Of a stretch of 64,000 nucleotides of DNA, positions 39,815 through 49,431 are shown one piece after another; position 1 is the first letter of the stretch; each line of letters begins with the position of its first letter. The position numbers and the translations under genes are program-made. The stretch comes from a virus (taxonomy: Duplodnaviria > Caudoviricetes): positions 10,243 to 74,242 of IMG/VR virus record IMGVR_UViG_3300034111_000674; one strand, written 5' to 3'. Below the pieces are notes generated by a model that ran no database searches, was not told where the DNA came from, and saw nothing but the letters and a program-made list of their open reading frames with translations.

Positions 39815-41182
39815 ATGTTGCTAACCCTGCTCCAATCCGGCGGGGCAGGTCCTGGGTTTGTCTCTGGCAATCTCATAGCTTCAGAAACTGGTTTAGACTC
39901 TTGCGTCATAACAGGAGTACTACCAGTTTCTGGTAGTCTGGCCTCCTCAGAGACCGGCAATGATATATCTTCCACAACTGGTAAGTTGACAGTACGTGGT
40001 AACTTAAACACTTCAGAAACCGGAAGCGATAGTTTTGCAGGAGCCAGTTCGGCACCTAGCGGTATAACCGGTAGTTTGACAGCCAGCGAGACTGGTACGG
40101 ACACAGCAGTTTTAACAGCCAAAGCACTGGTTCGTGGCTCACTAGCGGTCAGCGAAACTGGTACGGACACAGCAGTTTTAACAGCCAAAGTACTGGTTCG
40201 TGGTTCACTAGCAGTCAGTGAGACTGGGTCTGACGTATCAAGTAGCTCTGGCAAAGTATTGGTAAAAGGTTCTCTGGCTCGTAGTGAGAGTGGAACTGAT
40301 ACTTTTAGTGCTACTAGTACTGCACCAAGTGCCCGAACTGGTACTCTACAAGCCGCAGAAACTGGTACAGATACTACAACAATCGTTGCTAAAAACATAG
40401 TACGTGGCTCATTAGCAGTCAGTGAAACTGGTACAGATACCTCTGCCCTAACAGGTAAGTTGGTAACACGTGGTAGCCTGAGTGTTAGTGAAACTGGAAC
40501 GGATACCTCAACCTCAACGGGTAAGGTGGTCGTAAAAGGCTCACTCAGCCGTAGCGAAAACCCAGACACTACAGCTATTTCCGGCAAGGTATTGGTAAGG
40601 GGGTCACTGTCCGGCAGCGAGGGTTCAGACACTGCCCTCTTGGTAGGTAAAGTACTAGTACAAGGAACCACTGGCCTACAGGAAATAGGATTCGATAGTG
40701 CTCAAGGCATAGCAAAACTCAGAGTGTTGGGTACCTTGGGCAGCACAGAGTCTGGTTCTGATTCTGCCAATATTATAGCAAAACTAGTTAATAGAGGTAG
40801 TTTTGCAAGCAGTGAAACTGGGCTTGATACTGCCGAGGTCGTAGCAAAATTAGTCAACAGGGCTAATTCTTCACAAGTTATTGACTTCTTGTACAGCTCT
40901 GCAGCTGCTACTATTGTGAGCGGTAACAGTACCAATGTAATACCAATAACGGGATTTGCTAGTGCGTTAAGAATTGCACTGGCCTTGAAAGGTAATGATA
41001 CATTTGTACAGAGTATTGACAGTACTACATTTATACAAAATATTGACAGTACTACAGTTATACAAAATATTGACAGTACTACATTTATACAAAATATTGA
41101 CAGTACTACATTTATTGCTTACTCTGTATCCGATCCTATATTTATTACCTCTGAAGAGGTTGGGATTACTGTTTACGAGTAA
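39815..41182 (+). CDS. 22-aa repeat protein (455 aa), paralog of the N-terminus of the 2792-aa protein
   Basis: MLLTLLQSGGAG vs MLLTLFKGDGAG; repeats GSLAVSETGTDTAVLTAKVLVR. Confidence 0.7.
   Translation: MLLTLLQSGGAGPGFVSGNLIASETGLDSCVITGVLPVSGSLASSETGNDISSTTGKLTVRGNLNTSETGSDSFAGASSAPSGITGSLTASETGTDTAVLTAKALVRGSLAVSETGTDTAVLTAKVLVRGSLAVSETGSDVSSSSGKVLVKGSLARSESGTDTFSATSTAPSARTGTLQAAETGTDTTTIVAKNIVRGSLAVSETGTDTSALTGKLVTRGSLSVSETGTDTSTSTGKVVVKGSLSRSENPDTTAISGKVLVRGSLSGSEGSDTALLVGKVLVQGTTGLQEIGFDSAQGIAKLRVLGTLGSTESGSDSANIIAKLVNRGSFASSETGLDTAEVVAKLVNRANSSQVIDFLYSSAAATIVSGNSTNVIPITGFASALRIALALKGNDTFVQSIDSTTFIQNIDSTTVIQNIDSTTFIQNIDSTTFIAYSVSDPIFITSEEVGITVYE
41000..41115 (+). repeat. 4.3 x 27-bp tandem repeat (TFIQNIDST)
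   Basis: Directly visible. Confidence 0.9.
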
Positions 41183-41194
41183 GAGGAATATTAT

Positions 41195-41680
41195 ATGCTA
41201 GAATTTGCAGCTAGTGGATTATTGGGCAGTTTATTTGGCGGATTGTTCCGTTTAGCCCCAGAAATACTGAAGTTTTTTGATCGCAAAGATGACCGCAAAC
41301 ACGAACTGAGTATGTATGGCCTACAAATTGACTTGGAAAAGACAAAAGGTCAGGTCAAGATTGAAGAAAAGTACATAGACTACGGCATTGCCAACACTCA
41401 GGCTATTCAGAGTGCTTTTGAGAGTCAGGCCAAAGAGGCTTCCAACAGCTATCGCTGGGTAGCCGCACTGAGTGCTCTAGTCCGGCCAATGGTAACTTAT
41501 GTACTATTTGGTATGTATGTGACATTTAAGATAATCGTTATCTCTTACGCAATGCAAAACGGTGCCAACTGGATTGACATTGCAAACAAGCACTGGACAC
41601 CAGACGACTTTGCAATGTTGAACATGATACTCACATTCTGGTTTTTGGGCCGCAGTATTGAAAAGCGTAGTGGGTCATGA
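41195..41680 (+). CDS. Holin, GTA 3TM-type
   Basis: VRPMVTY...LTFWFLGRSIEK motif; adjacent to endolysin. Confidence 0.7.
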   Translation: MLEFAASGLLGSLFGGLFRLAPEILKFFDRKDDRKHELSMYGLQIDLEKTKGQVKIEEKYIDYGIANTQAIQSAFESQAKEASNSYRWVAALSALVRPMVTYVLFGMYVTFKIIVISYAMQNGANWIDIANKHWTPDDFAMLNMILTFWFLGRSIEKRSGS

Positions 41681-42213
41681 CCCAAGAAGCCGTCAAACTG
41701 TGTACAGATGCCCTCTTACATCCCTTTGAGGGCTATCACAAACGTCTAGCAAATGGTGATTGTGAAAGCTATCCCGACCCAGCCAGTCCACTGGCTCGGG
41801 GTAAGTTTTCAAAGGTTGAAGTAGCAAATATGACACCTGACCAGCTGCTCAAAGCTGGGCACCCTTGGACTATTGGTTGGGGCATTACTGGCTCAGACAT
41901 TGTGCCTGGACTGGTGTGGACGCGCCAGCAGGCAGATGAGCGATTTGAAAGAATGCTAAGCAAATTTGTGAATGGGGCTGTCAGCCTCAGCCCCAACCTG
42001 TTAAATGAACCGCCCAGAAGGTTGGCGGCAATCATTAGTTTTTGTTATAACTGTGGCTTAGGTAACTACAGAATTAGCACTCTGCGTAAGAGGGTCAATC
42101 AAGGCGACTGGTGGGGTGCTTATCACGAAATACAAAAATGGAATAAAGCGCAAGGTATTGTGTTAAATGGATTAACGCGCCGCCGCCTAGCAGAAGGCAA
42201 GTTTCTTCTCTAG
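41677..42213 (+). CDS. Endolysin, GH24 lysozyme
   Basis: FEG...YPD...WTIGWG; FCYNCG; KWNKAQGIVLNGLTRRRLAE. Confidence 0.9.
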   Translation: MTQEAVKLCTDALLHPFEGYHKRLANGDCESYPDPASPLARGKFSKVEVANMTPDQLLKAGHPWTIGWGITGSDIVPGLVWTRQQADERFERMLSKFVNGAVSLSPNLLNEPPRRLAAIISFCYNCGLGNYRISTLRKRVNQGDWWGAYHEIQKWNKAQGIVLNGLTRRRLAEGKFLL

Positions 42214-42240
42214 GTATTCTTCAACCAACCTTCAAAATCT

Positions 42241-42939
42241 ATGGCAAATTCAAGTGGCAAGAAAGCTCGCAGAGCAGCAAGTGAGGCCCCTAAATCCGAG
42301 TTCTTGACGAGAACAGGATTTAAGGAGGTAAAACCACTAAATTATATACAGGAAACGTATTTAAATGCTATAAAAACCAATGAGATTGTCTTTGGTATTG
42401 GAAGTGCAGGCACAGGCAAAACCTATGTGGCTGCAAGCTATGCTGCAAGTGAACTCTTTCACCGTCGCGTGGAAAAGATCATTTTAACCAGACCCAACGT
42501 AGAAACAGGCAGAGGTTTGGGGTTTTTACCAGGTACACTGGAAGAAAAATACGAACCGTACCTAGATCCCTTTGATCAGGTGTTTCAACGGTCGTTGGGC
42601 AGTGGTTTTTACGAGTATGCTTTGAAGAGCAAAGCCATTGAACCACGTCCACTGGGATTTATGAGAGGTGCTACTTTTGATAATGCCATTGTGTTAGTAG
42701 ATGAGGCTCAGAACGCCACAAAAACCGAGTTCAAAATGTTATTGAGTAGAATCGGTCGGAACACAAAAATGATTATCAGTGGCGATCATGAACAGAGTGA
42801 TATTGGTAACGACAGTGGCCTAACAGACGCAGTTACCAGACTAGAGGGTATAACCGGCATTGAAGTGGTCCGTTTCTTGGACAGCGACATTGTACGAAGC
42901 AAAATGTGTAAAGCCATCATCATGGCATATAAGAATTGA
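42241..42939 (+). CDS. phoH: PhoH-like ATPase
   Basis: GSAGTGKT Walker A; RPLGFMRGATF; DEAQN; GDHEQSD. Confidence 0.95.
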   Translation: MANSSGKKARRAASEAPKSEFLTRTGFKEVKPLNYIQETYLNAIKTNEIVFGIGSAGTGKTYVAASYAASELFHRRVEKIILTRPNVETGRGLGFLPGTLEEKYEPYLDPFDQVFQRSLGSGFYEYALKSKAIEPRPLGFMRGATFDNAIVLVDEAQNATKTEFKMLLSRIGRNTKMIISGDHEQSDIGNDSGLTDAVTRLEGITGIEVVRFLDSDIVRSKMCKAIIMAYKN

Positions 42940-42946
42940 GGAGACC

Positions 42947-43089
42947 ATGGCCAAAGAACTGTGTCCAAATATTAATTTGAGCAACTACTTGGCAGCGGTT
43001 CAGTACGCCAACTATGGGGCGGAGACGGTGGTCAGTCTTGGGCCAAAGCTAAGCGAGATCAAATAGTAAGGGCTCGCGAAAACAACTAA
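42947..43089 (+). pseudogene. Chimeric remnant of two small genes fused out of frame
   Basis: SD+ATG frame reads MAKELCP...ANYG; a start-less frame from 43012 reads LWGGDGGQSWAKAKRDQIVRARENN* and ends just before the next SD. Confidence 0.6.
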
Positions 43090-43099
43090 GAGGTGATTT

Positions 43100-43432
43100 A
43101 TGCCAGATCCAACAAGTTATTTAACTGCTAAGGTCGCATCAATGATAGGCGGACTTTTTGGCGGATTTGCAATCTTAACCTTCATCAGACCTAAAACTAT
43201 TGGTGAAGCATTTATGAGAGGCGGAATGAGTGTTGGAAGTGCCATAGTATTTGCACAGCCCCTACTAGAAGTGCTTGATTTGTCCAACAATTGGGAAACT
43301 CAGATGATGGGTGGGTTCTGTGTAGGCTTTCTATCCTATACAGTATTAGGAATGATAGCGAACTTCTTGCGAAAAAATCAAAACAAAGACATTGTACAAG
43401 CTGCAAAAGACGTTAAAGACGTCATAAAATGA
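43100..43432 (+). CDS. Small membrane protein, second holin/antiholin candidate (110 aa)
   Basis: Three hydrophobic segments and basic C-terminus; GAGG SD. Confidence 0.5.
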   Translation: MPDPTSYLTAKVASMIGGLFGGFAILTFIRPKTIGEAFMRGGMSVGSAIVFAQPLLEVLDLSNNWETQMMGGFCVGFLSYTVLGMIANFLRKNQNKDIVQAAKDVKDVIK

Positions 43433-43467
43433 AAAAAGCCCCTCAACTTGTGTTGAGGGGCTTTTTT
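43432..43467. terminator. Bidirectional terminator between convergent late and early arms
   Basis: AAAAAAGCCCCTCAAC-TTGT-GTTGAGGGGCTTTTTT. Confidence 0.9.
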
Positions 43468-43625
43468 CATTTTTTCTCTGGCTTTTCTGACTTCTCCGGC
43501 AGCTGTTCTTTTGCCTGCTCTTGAAGTTTACGAGTCAGTGGATTAGCTACTTTAGCTGGTAATTCTTGTAATCCTGCCAAAATAATATTAGCTTCTTGCT
43601 CTGTTACCTTAAATGTTAATTCCAT
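43467..43625 (-). CDS. Small hypothetical protein (52 aa, below ORF-track cutoff)
   Basis: AGAGGA SD; MELTFKVTEQEANIILAGLQELPAKVANPL... Confidence 0.7.
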   Translation of the reverse strand: MELTFKVTEQEANIILAGLQELPAKVANPLTRKLQEQAKEQLPEKSEKPEKK

Positions 43626-43635
43626 ATTTCCTCTT

Positions 43636-45600
43636 TTATTTTATGGGGCAAGCACCTGTAGTGCAGTCGTCTTGTACGATCTCATCAAAACTGTTGGCAT
43701 TGTTGATATCAACGGGCAATAGGTTTTGAATGTACTCTTGATAGGTTTGTTCGTCTACTACTTCCTGTGGTAAATAGAGATAGCCTAAGTCTTTGGCAGT
43801 CTTTGTAGGGTCACTACGGAATAAGAAGCTTACCCCTACATAGCAATCCCAATTGTTTAATAGCCAGTTCTTAATACCCTCAACTTCGCTTGGATCGTAG
43901 CTGATAGTTACCGACGTATTTTGCTGAGTCCAGCTGGTCTGAATCATCTTGTAGCGTTCAAGTTGATGAATGGCACTTTCCAGGTTGACTTCCTTGCCAT
44001 CTACCTTGTCAAAAGGCACATCATCCCATTTGACTGGAAATGTGACGAGTACGCCACTGGGGTCGGTGGGGTGATTGATCACTTTGTAGTTTGCTGCGCG
44101 CAACTTGTCTACTACTGGATCAAACTTTGAGAACTGTACGTTGTTAAAAATGTACTTTCCAAGAGGCTTGTGTACTCCTTCTGTGGTATCCATGATCTTG
44201 GATAGGGTTCCACTAGGTTTGATACAAGTAATGTTCTTTGGTCTTGGTAACCCGAGTTCATCGGCCATCCCAACTGCGGCAGCAGTTGCTGTACGCTTAA
44301 GATATTCATAGTCATAGCCTGTCATGTCAGGACGTTTTACAATGCCGGTCAGACCTACTCCACACAGGCGTAGGAAGTAGTTGTTCAAATGCCAGCTCTC
44401 TTGTAAGATACCATCCTTTAGGTTTACACAAGTCTGGCGATAATTTGCGCGAGCAGCCAGCCTGATAGCTTCATGCATTCCTGCATTGTTGCCTTTAAAC
44501 TTGCCAATGTCTGTTTCTGTCAAGTTGCAAAAGCTCTTGTTGCCTAATAGAATTTCTACACAAGGATTGCAACCAGCAAACCAAGGAGCACGACGAAGAG
44601 CTTCGACTGCATTGATAAAGCCCGGCTCGCTGCCGCCTGCGTCCAACATCAAGTCAAAGATTTGACTGATTTCTTCATATGTAGGCTTTTTGCGGAATAC
44701 TAAGCTATTATTGCTCTGTTGGCGCTGACTGTTTCCATGCAGCCACCAATCTTTCTTGGCTAGGGCAAATTCTTTCCACTCGGGCTGGTCGTATTCAAAA
44801 AGAGCAATTTCAGCACTTCTACGACTAGAGAGTATAGTCCCAAGCCAATTAACAATGTCGAGAATATCCATCCGAGTAAGAAGGCTATCGGCACGACCAT
44901 TAAGAATACGGGCAATAGCACTATAAGCCACGCTAATCGCTTCGTCGCCACTTGAAATCCATCCATAACCCTTTAGCCTTTCACCAGCAGGTCGTAATTG
45001 ACTAAAGTCCAACACCAAGGTTTCTGCCGGGTATTTACCCGCAAGCAGCTTGCCAATAGACTTTGCCCAAGCTTCTGCACTATCACCAACTTGAATTGTC
45101 CAAGTTTTTGTATCTTGGTCCCAGGTTTCCACATTGTGTTCATTTCCACCCTTTTCAGTTCGTGTACTACGAACAGTTCTGATGTTCTTGATGGGCTTTG
45201 AAAAACCGTTCAAGGTGCCTACAACTGGCTTGAACCCAACACCGCAGCCTTGTAGCAACAGCCATAACACGTCTACTACGTCGTATACTGTTTCTACACA
45301 GGTAAAGCTACAATTGAATTGACTAGCTTCACGAGTCTTAGCAACGTCTGTACCACCCAACCACAACGTGCGGCCACTGGTCAACACCTTGCGATCCAAC
45401 ATCAACTGTTCTAGATCGTACAGTTCTGCGTATTCCTGATCGCTTAGTTCATCACCTTTTGCTCGAAGCCACAGCCATTCTTGGTGATCAATCACTCGTG
45501 CAACTGTTTCTTGCCAGGTTTCAAAGTTTAAACCACTGTCGTCGGTAGGACGGTTATATGTACGCCGGGTTATTACTTGTGCTCTTGTACTTGGTACCAT
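43636..45600 (-). CDS. nrdJ: Class II (adenosylcobalamin-dependent) ribonucleotide reductase, monomeric RTPR type
   Basis: RRTYNR, GRTLWLGG, FNCSF, NPCVEI, FCNLTE, TCIKPSGT, C-terminal CTTGACP. Confidence 0.9.
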   Translation of the reverse strand: MVPSTRAQVITRRTYNRPTDDSGLNFETWQETVARVIDHQEWLWLRAKGDELSDQEYAELYDLEQLMLDRKVLTSGRTLWLGGTDVAKTREASQFNCSFTCVETVYDVVDVLWLLLQGCGVGFKPVVGTLNGFSKPIKNIRTVRSTRTEKGGNEHNVETWDQDTKTWTIQVGDSAEAWAKSIGKLLAGKYPAETLVLDFSQLRPAGERLKGYGWISSGDEAISVAYSAIARILNGRADSLLTRMDILDIVNWLGTILSSRRSAEIALFEYDQPEWKEFALAKKDWWLHGNSQRQQSNNSLVFRKKPTYEEISQIFDLMLDAGGSEPGFINAVEALRRAPWFAGCNPCVEILLGNKSFCNLTETDIGKFKGNNAGMHEAIRLAARANYRQTCVNLKDGILQESWHLNNYFLRLCGVGLTGIVKRPDMTGYDYEYLKRTATAAAVGMADELGLPRPKNITCIKPSGTLSKIMDTTEGVHKPLGKYIFNNVQFSKFDPVVDKLRAANYKVINHPTDPSGVLVTFPVKWDDVPFDKVDGKEVNLESAIHQLERYKMIQTSWTQQNTSVTISYDPSEVEGIKNWLLNNWDCYVGVSFLFRSDPTKTAKDLGYLYLPQEVVDEQTYQEYIQNLLPVDINNANSFDEIVQDDCTTGACPIK

Positions 45601-45608
45601 AATGTTCC

Positions 45609-46046
45609 TTAATTCTTTCCAGTACTGCCAAATCCGCCAGTACCGCGTTGTGTATCATTCCATTCTTCGTCTGACCAGTCGTCTACGTCAGGTTTTACCA
45701 ATAGGATGGGCACTATTACAAGCTGCACAATTCGATCGCCTTGGTAAATAACAGGGTTAAAATTCTGTCCTCCAGTATACATGAGACTGGCCATAATCTC
45801 TCCACGATAGTCCGAATCAATCACGCCTACCGAGTTTGTCATTACGATCCCGCTCTTGCTCAGAGAGCTGCGCGGAATCAACATGCCTACATAACCCTGT
45901 GGAATTTTTACACTTACTCCTGTACCAATCAAAACTCTAATATTGAGAGGCATTTCGCAAGTGGATCTGGCCCGCAAGTCTAATCCAGCATCTGTGGGAT
46001 TGGCTCTGGTGGGCATGCAATCCGGGTTCTGTAATTTAGTTTTCAT
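45609..46046 (-). CDS. dut: dUTPase (trimeric)
   Basis: AGLDL, PRSS, GVIDSDYRGEI, RIVQLV, RGTGGFGSTG motifs; start may be 46046 or 46052. Confidence 0.95.
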   Translation of the reverse strand: MKTKLQNPDCMPTRANPTDAGLDLRARSTCEMPLNIRVLIGTGVSVKIPQGYVGMLIPRSSLSKSGIVMTNSVGVIDSDYRGEIMASLMYTGGQNFNPVIYQGDRIVQLVIVPILLVKPDVDDWSDEEWNDTQRGTGGFGSTGKN

Positions 46047-46890
46047 AAACATTTTTTAGTGTTTGGTTAATGGTTTCACAATTCGTTGGACCCAGTGCTT
46101 CGTCACAGAACTCTAATAGGTCCATTAGTTTATAGTTCAACATCAAGTTGTCAGCACCAAACTCGTTAAGGTTTTGTACATATTTATATCGACTAGCAAT
46201 CGGCAAATTAGCAATGATATCCCAGGTACTGCCATACTGAGATACCAGAGTTTGCGCCTTTTTCGGACCAATTCCGGCGACACCAGGAATGTTATCACCG
46301 GAATCGCCAGTAAGGCACTTGATACTAATGTGATCAGCAGGATTGTACTCATAGTGTTCGTTCCAATTCTCTAATGTAATTTCTTTGCGTGTAACGTAGC
46401 TGAACCGCATCACGTCTTCACACACCAACAGGTCCCAGTCTCGGTCTGACGAGATCAACACCACCTTGTCTATATCAAACTTTTTGCGGTGTTTGACAAT
46501 ATAGGCCCCAATGTCGTCAGCCTCACATTTGTCAAAACGAAACAGTGGATACTTTGATGAATTCTTGTAGTGATCCATGACACGATTGAACTCTGTGAAA
46601 AATCTTTCAAACGCAAGCTGTTCTTCTGGGGTTTGTTGATCAAACTTGTCTTTGCGGTTTTGCTTGTAGCCGGGATAAATACTCTTGCGATAGCTGCTGC
46701 TGCCACTGTCACAGGTCAGGATAACTTTGGCGGCTTTGTAGCTTTTGCGAAGGCTGTCTACTGTTCTGACATAGCTGTCGAGAAAGTCCGTATCACCACT
46801 ATGCTTCCACCTAAAACCCAAGTTGAGACAGTCCACTATGATTGCAGTGTTAGGTTCCAGCTCTTGTACTTTGTTAAATTCAATACTCAT
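46036..46890 (-). CDS. D15: 5'-3' flap exonuclease (T5 D15-like)
   Basis: YRKSIYPGYKQNR, EADD, SSDRDWD, GDSGDNIPGVAGIGPKKA. Confidence 0.9.
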   Translation of the reverse strand: MSIEFNKVQELEPNTAIIVDCLNLGFRWKHSGDTDFLDSYVRTVDSLRKSYKAAKVILTCDSGSSSYRKSIYPGYKQNRKDKFDQQTPEEQLAFERFFTEFNRVMDHYKNSSKYPLFRFDKCEADDIGAYIVKHRKKFDIDKVVLISSDRDWDLLVCEDVMRFSYVTRKEITLENWNEHYEYNPADHISIKCLTGDSGDNIPGVAGIGPKKAQTLVSQYGSTWDIIANLPIASRYKYVQNLNEFGADNLMLNYKLMDLLEFCDEALGPTNCETINQTLKNVYEN

Positions 46891-46913
46891 GTTGACTCTG
46901 TAGTTAATCTGTT

Positions 46914-46942
46914 ATTATACAGCATACGAGACGGTTATTCAA
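46914..46942 (-). promoter_or_regulatory. sigma70 promoter with extended -10 for D15-dut-nrdJ
   Basis: TTGAAT-N17-(TG)TATAAT; -35 overlaps D14 stop. Confidence 0.8.
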
Positions 46943-47391
46943 GACACAAATTTTGGTTTTTCTTGAACAATCCAGTCTTCTAGAATCGTTACATAGAACT
47001 CAAAACCGTTGCGACTGATGTACAAGAACGGAACGTGTGTTTCTGGTAGGGCCTCAAAAGCACAAAACAACTTACTGCGATCGTGTTTAAAGATGAGCAA
47101 GGGCTCGCGGTTTACTTGATCGGCTTGTCGTTTACACTGAGTCCACCACTCAAACAGCTGTGGGTTCTTATCTGTTAAGACTTTACTATTGAGGTGATCT
47201 TCTTTGTAGTGTTTACATTCTACGCACCACAGATTTGTAACGCCAGGCAGGTATAGATCACCTTTTAGCATGTGCTTAGGATCCAACGCGCCGCTGCCGG
47301 GAGTTCGCTCCCATTTAAGACCTGTCAATTCTCGAAGTTTATCTCTGATAACCGTTTCTGCTCTACTGCCCTTGTCTCTGCTATCAACCAT
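46939..47391 (-). CDS. D14: Holliday-junction resolvase-like endonuclease (T5 D14-like)
   Basis: SRDKGSRAE...PGSGAL...KGDL...VECK PD-(D/E)xK pattern; T5 synteny. Confidence 0.8.
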   Translation of the reverse strand: MVDSRDKGSRAETVIRDKLRELTGLKWERTPGSGALDPKHMLKGDLYLPGVTNLWCVECKHYKEDHLNSKVLTDKNPQLFEWWTQCKRQADQVNREPLLIFKHDRSKLFCAFEALPETHVPFLYISRNGFEFYVTILEDWIVQEKPKFVS

Positions 47392-49183
47392 TGTCTATCC
47401 TAGAAATGTTATTTTGTTTCATTACTGTAACCTTTTCTAGTAGAGGGTGTTGAAAGCCGTGACTTACTACAAAAGTATTTAGGTACTCTTCTTTGAGTAG
47501 TACTTCTACCAGCTTTTCTTTGCCTTCTAAGTCTAGGTTCTCAATGGTTTCGTCCAAGATTAACAGATTGATGCGAGTATTGCTCAAACTCTGCATCAGC
47601 TTGCGTATGCCCAACAATGCTGCTGCATTAACTCTGGCTCTTTCACCGCCGCTCAGGGCTAGGATTTCTATATCCTTGCCTTGATCTGTGATAACTACAT
47701 TCAATTTATCACTGCCTGCAATTCTGAAACCCAACTGGAAACGACCGCCACTCAATTCGCCCAAGTACTCGTTGGTTGTAGACTCTAGGTCTTTTACTAA
47801 ACACTCTATCTTGTAGGCAACCAGTCCTGTGCTACTAAATGTTTTTACCAAGACCTGTAGAGTAGACAGTTTGTCACTGGCTTCTTCTAGTTCACCTCTG
47901 TGTACAGCTAGGCTGGCTTCCATTTCTTCAAGCTGACTTAAAATAACGTCTACTTTGGCATTGTGAGCAATTGCTTTGTTGTTACTATCCGTAATCTTTT
48001 TAATCGTGTCTTTGATTTGCTGTATAGAAACTTCTGTAGACTTGATGGTTTGTTCCAGAGTCTTTTTATCTAGTAACTCAGTAGTAATATTGGGATCATA
48101 CAGAGCATGGTATTCTTCGTATAGCTCTTTGGTTTCGTTTAGCTTTTCCCACTCTTTGACCTCAAGTTCTAGGTTACGAATCAGTGCTTCAAGTTCTTGA
48201 ACTCTGACACTAGCACTAGCCTTGGAAGACCTTTGCTCTTCTAATAGATCATCTATTTTGTGTTTGTCAATGTCTTGTAGACAAGTAGGACATACACTAC
48301 CCAACTTACCCATCTTGGAAATAAAACTGTCACAATCTTTGACAGTTTTAGCAAGCTCAATCTTTTCACAAGTATACTCGGGTATTTGACTACCAGGTTT
48401 TGCACCAACTGGTTGTAGTACTAAGCTTTCTAACAATTCTTTGTACTTATTGTTTTGTACAATTGCTTTGTTTTTGGCTTCAATGTCTCTGAGGGTATCA
48501 CGAACAGTCTGACAGACCTCTTCCAACTCTTTTGGTTGATCTGGTACTGGCTGTACTTCTTGTTCTGTCAAATCAGCAGCTCGGTACTTCTTTAGCCAGT
48601 CGTCACAACTTGTTATCTTTGCATTTGCTGCTGTAACTGCTTTATCAACACCTGTAGCCAAGCCTTTAAACACATCTCCCAACTCTACATATTTTGTTAG
48701 GTTCAATAGGTCAATCAAAAACTTTTTACGATTGCCGTCTGTGGCAGTTAAAAACTCCAGGCTAGCACTACTACTTTGATACACAATCTGACAAAATGTC
48801 TTGTGATCGTAGCCAATAAGCTCTTCGATGGTCTTGTAGGTAGCAGTAGAAGTGTGACTACTAATATCTTCGCCGTCGCATGTCAGTTTAACAGTTTGTG
48901 TGGCTCCACGAACTGTTTTGACAGTATAAGTTTTACCGTCTTTGTCAAACTCCAGTTCGATAGAGTAGTTTTTTGCCTTGACGTTGCGGTTTAAGATGTC
49001 TGCTTTCTTGATGCCTTTAGAATTCTTGTTGTAGACAACCTCTTCTAGGATCAGTGCAATACTACTCTTACCGTGACCATTGCCACCAACAATCTGAGTC
49101 AGTGGGGAATTGTCAAAGTTTATCTCGTTATTTTCGCCGTAACTGAAGGGATTGCTCCACTTCATCTTTTTGAGAACAATCAT
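47384..49183 (-). CDS. D13: SbcC/Rad50-like ATPase (T5 D13-like)
   Basis: GGNGHGKS Walker A; CPTC zinc hook; LSGGE; LILDE. Confidence 0.9.
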   Translation of the reverse strand: MIVLKKMKWSNPFSYGENNEINFDNSPLTQIVGGNGHGKSSIALILEEVVYNKNSKGIKKADILNRNVKAKNYSIELEFDKDGKTYTVKTVRGATQTVKLTCDGEDISSHTSTATYKTIEELIGYDHKTFCQIVYQSSSASLEFLTATDGNRKKFLIDLLNLTKYVELGDVFKGLATGVDKAVTAANAKITSCDDWLKKYRAADLTEQEVQPVPDQPKELEEVCQTVRDTLRDIEAKNKAIVQNNKYKELLESLVLQPVGAKPGSQIPEYTCEKIELAKTVKDCDSFISKMGKLGSVCPTCLQDIDKHKIDDLLEEQRSSKASASVRVQELEALIRNLELEVKEWEKLNETKELYEEYHALYDPNITTELLDKKTLEQTIKSTEVSIQQIKDTIKKITDSNNKAIAHNAKVDVILSQLEEMEASLAVHRGELEEASDKLSTLQVLVKTFSSTGLVAYKIECLVKDLESTTNEYLGELSGGRFQLGFRIAGSDKLNVVITDQGKDIEILALSGGERARVNAAALLGIRKLMQSLSNTRINLLILDETIENLDLEGKEKLVEVLLKEEYLNTFVVSHGFQHPLLEKVTVMKQNNISRIDNG

Positions 49184-49431
49184 TGACCTTCCTTGAAGTA
49201 CTTGACTAGTTCATTAAATCCACCCACATAGTAGTTACCCACAAATATTTGTGGAACGCTACGAGCATCTGGCACCAATTCTAATAAGTGCTTTTTAGTC
49301 CATGGACCAGACGCATCTAGTTTTCTGACTTCTACTGTATAACCTTTTGATTTTAGCAAAGACACTGCATTGTTGCAAGCAAAACAATTTTCTTGACTGT
49401 ATACAATTGCATTAGTTAATTCTGTGTTCAT
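49180..49431 (-). CDS. Glutaredoxin
   Basis: CFAC active site; ARSVPQIF; VGGFNEL. Confidence 0.9.
   Translation of the reverse strand: MNTELTNAIVYSQENCFACNNAVSLLKSKGYTVEVRKLDASGPWTKKHLLELVPDARSVPQIFVGNYYVGGFNELVKYFKEGQ

Noticed and set aside
7312-41115. Tandem repeats (30, 66, 27 bp) as CRISPR arrays
   Set aside because: No unique spacers; unit lengths are multiples of 3 and in-frame within CDS; no cas genes
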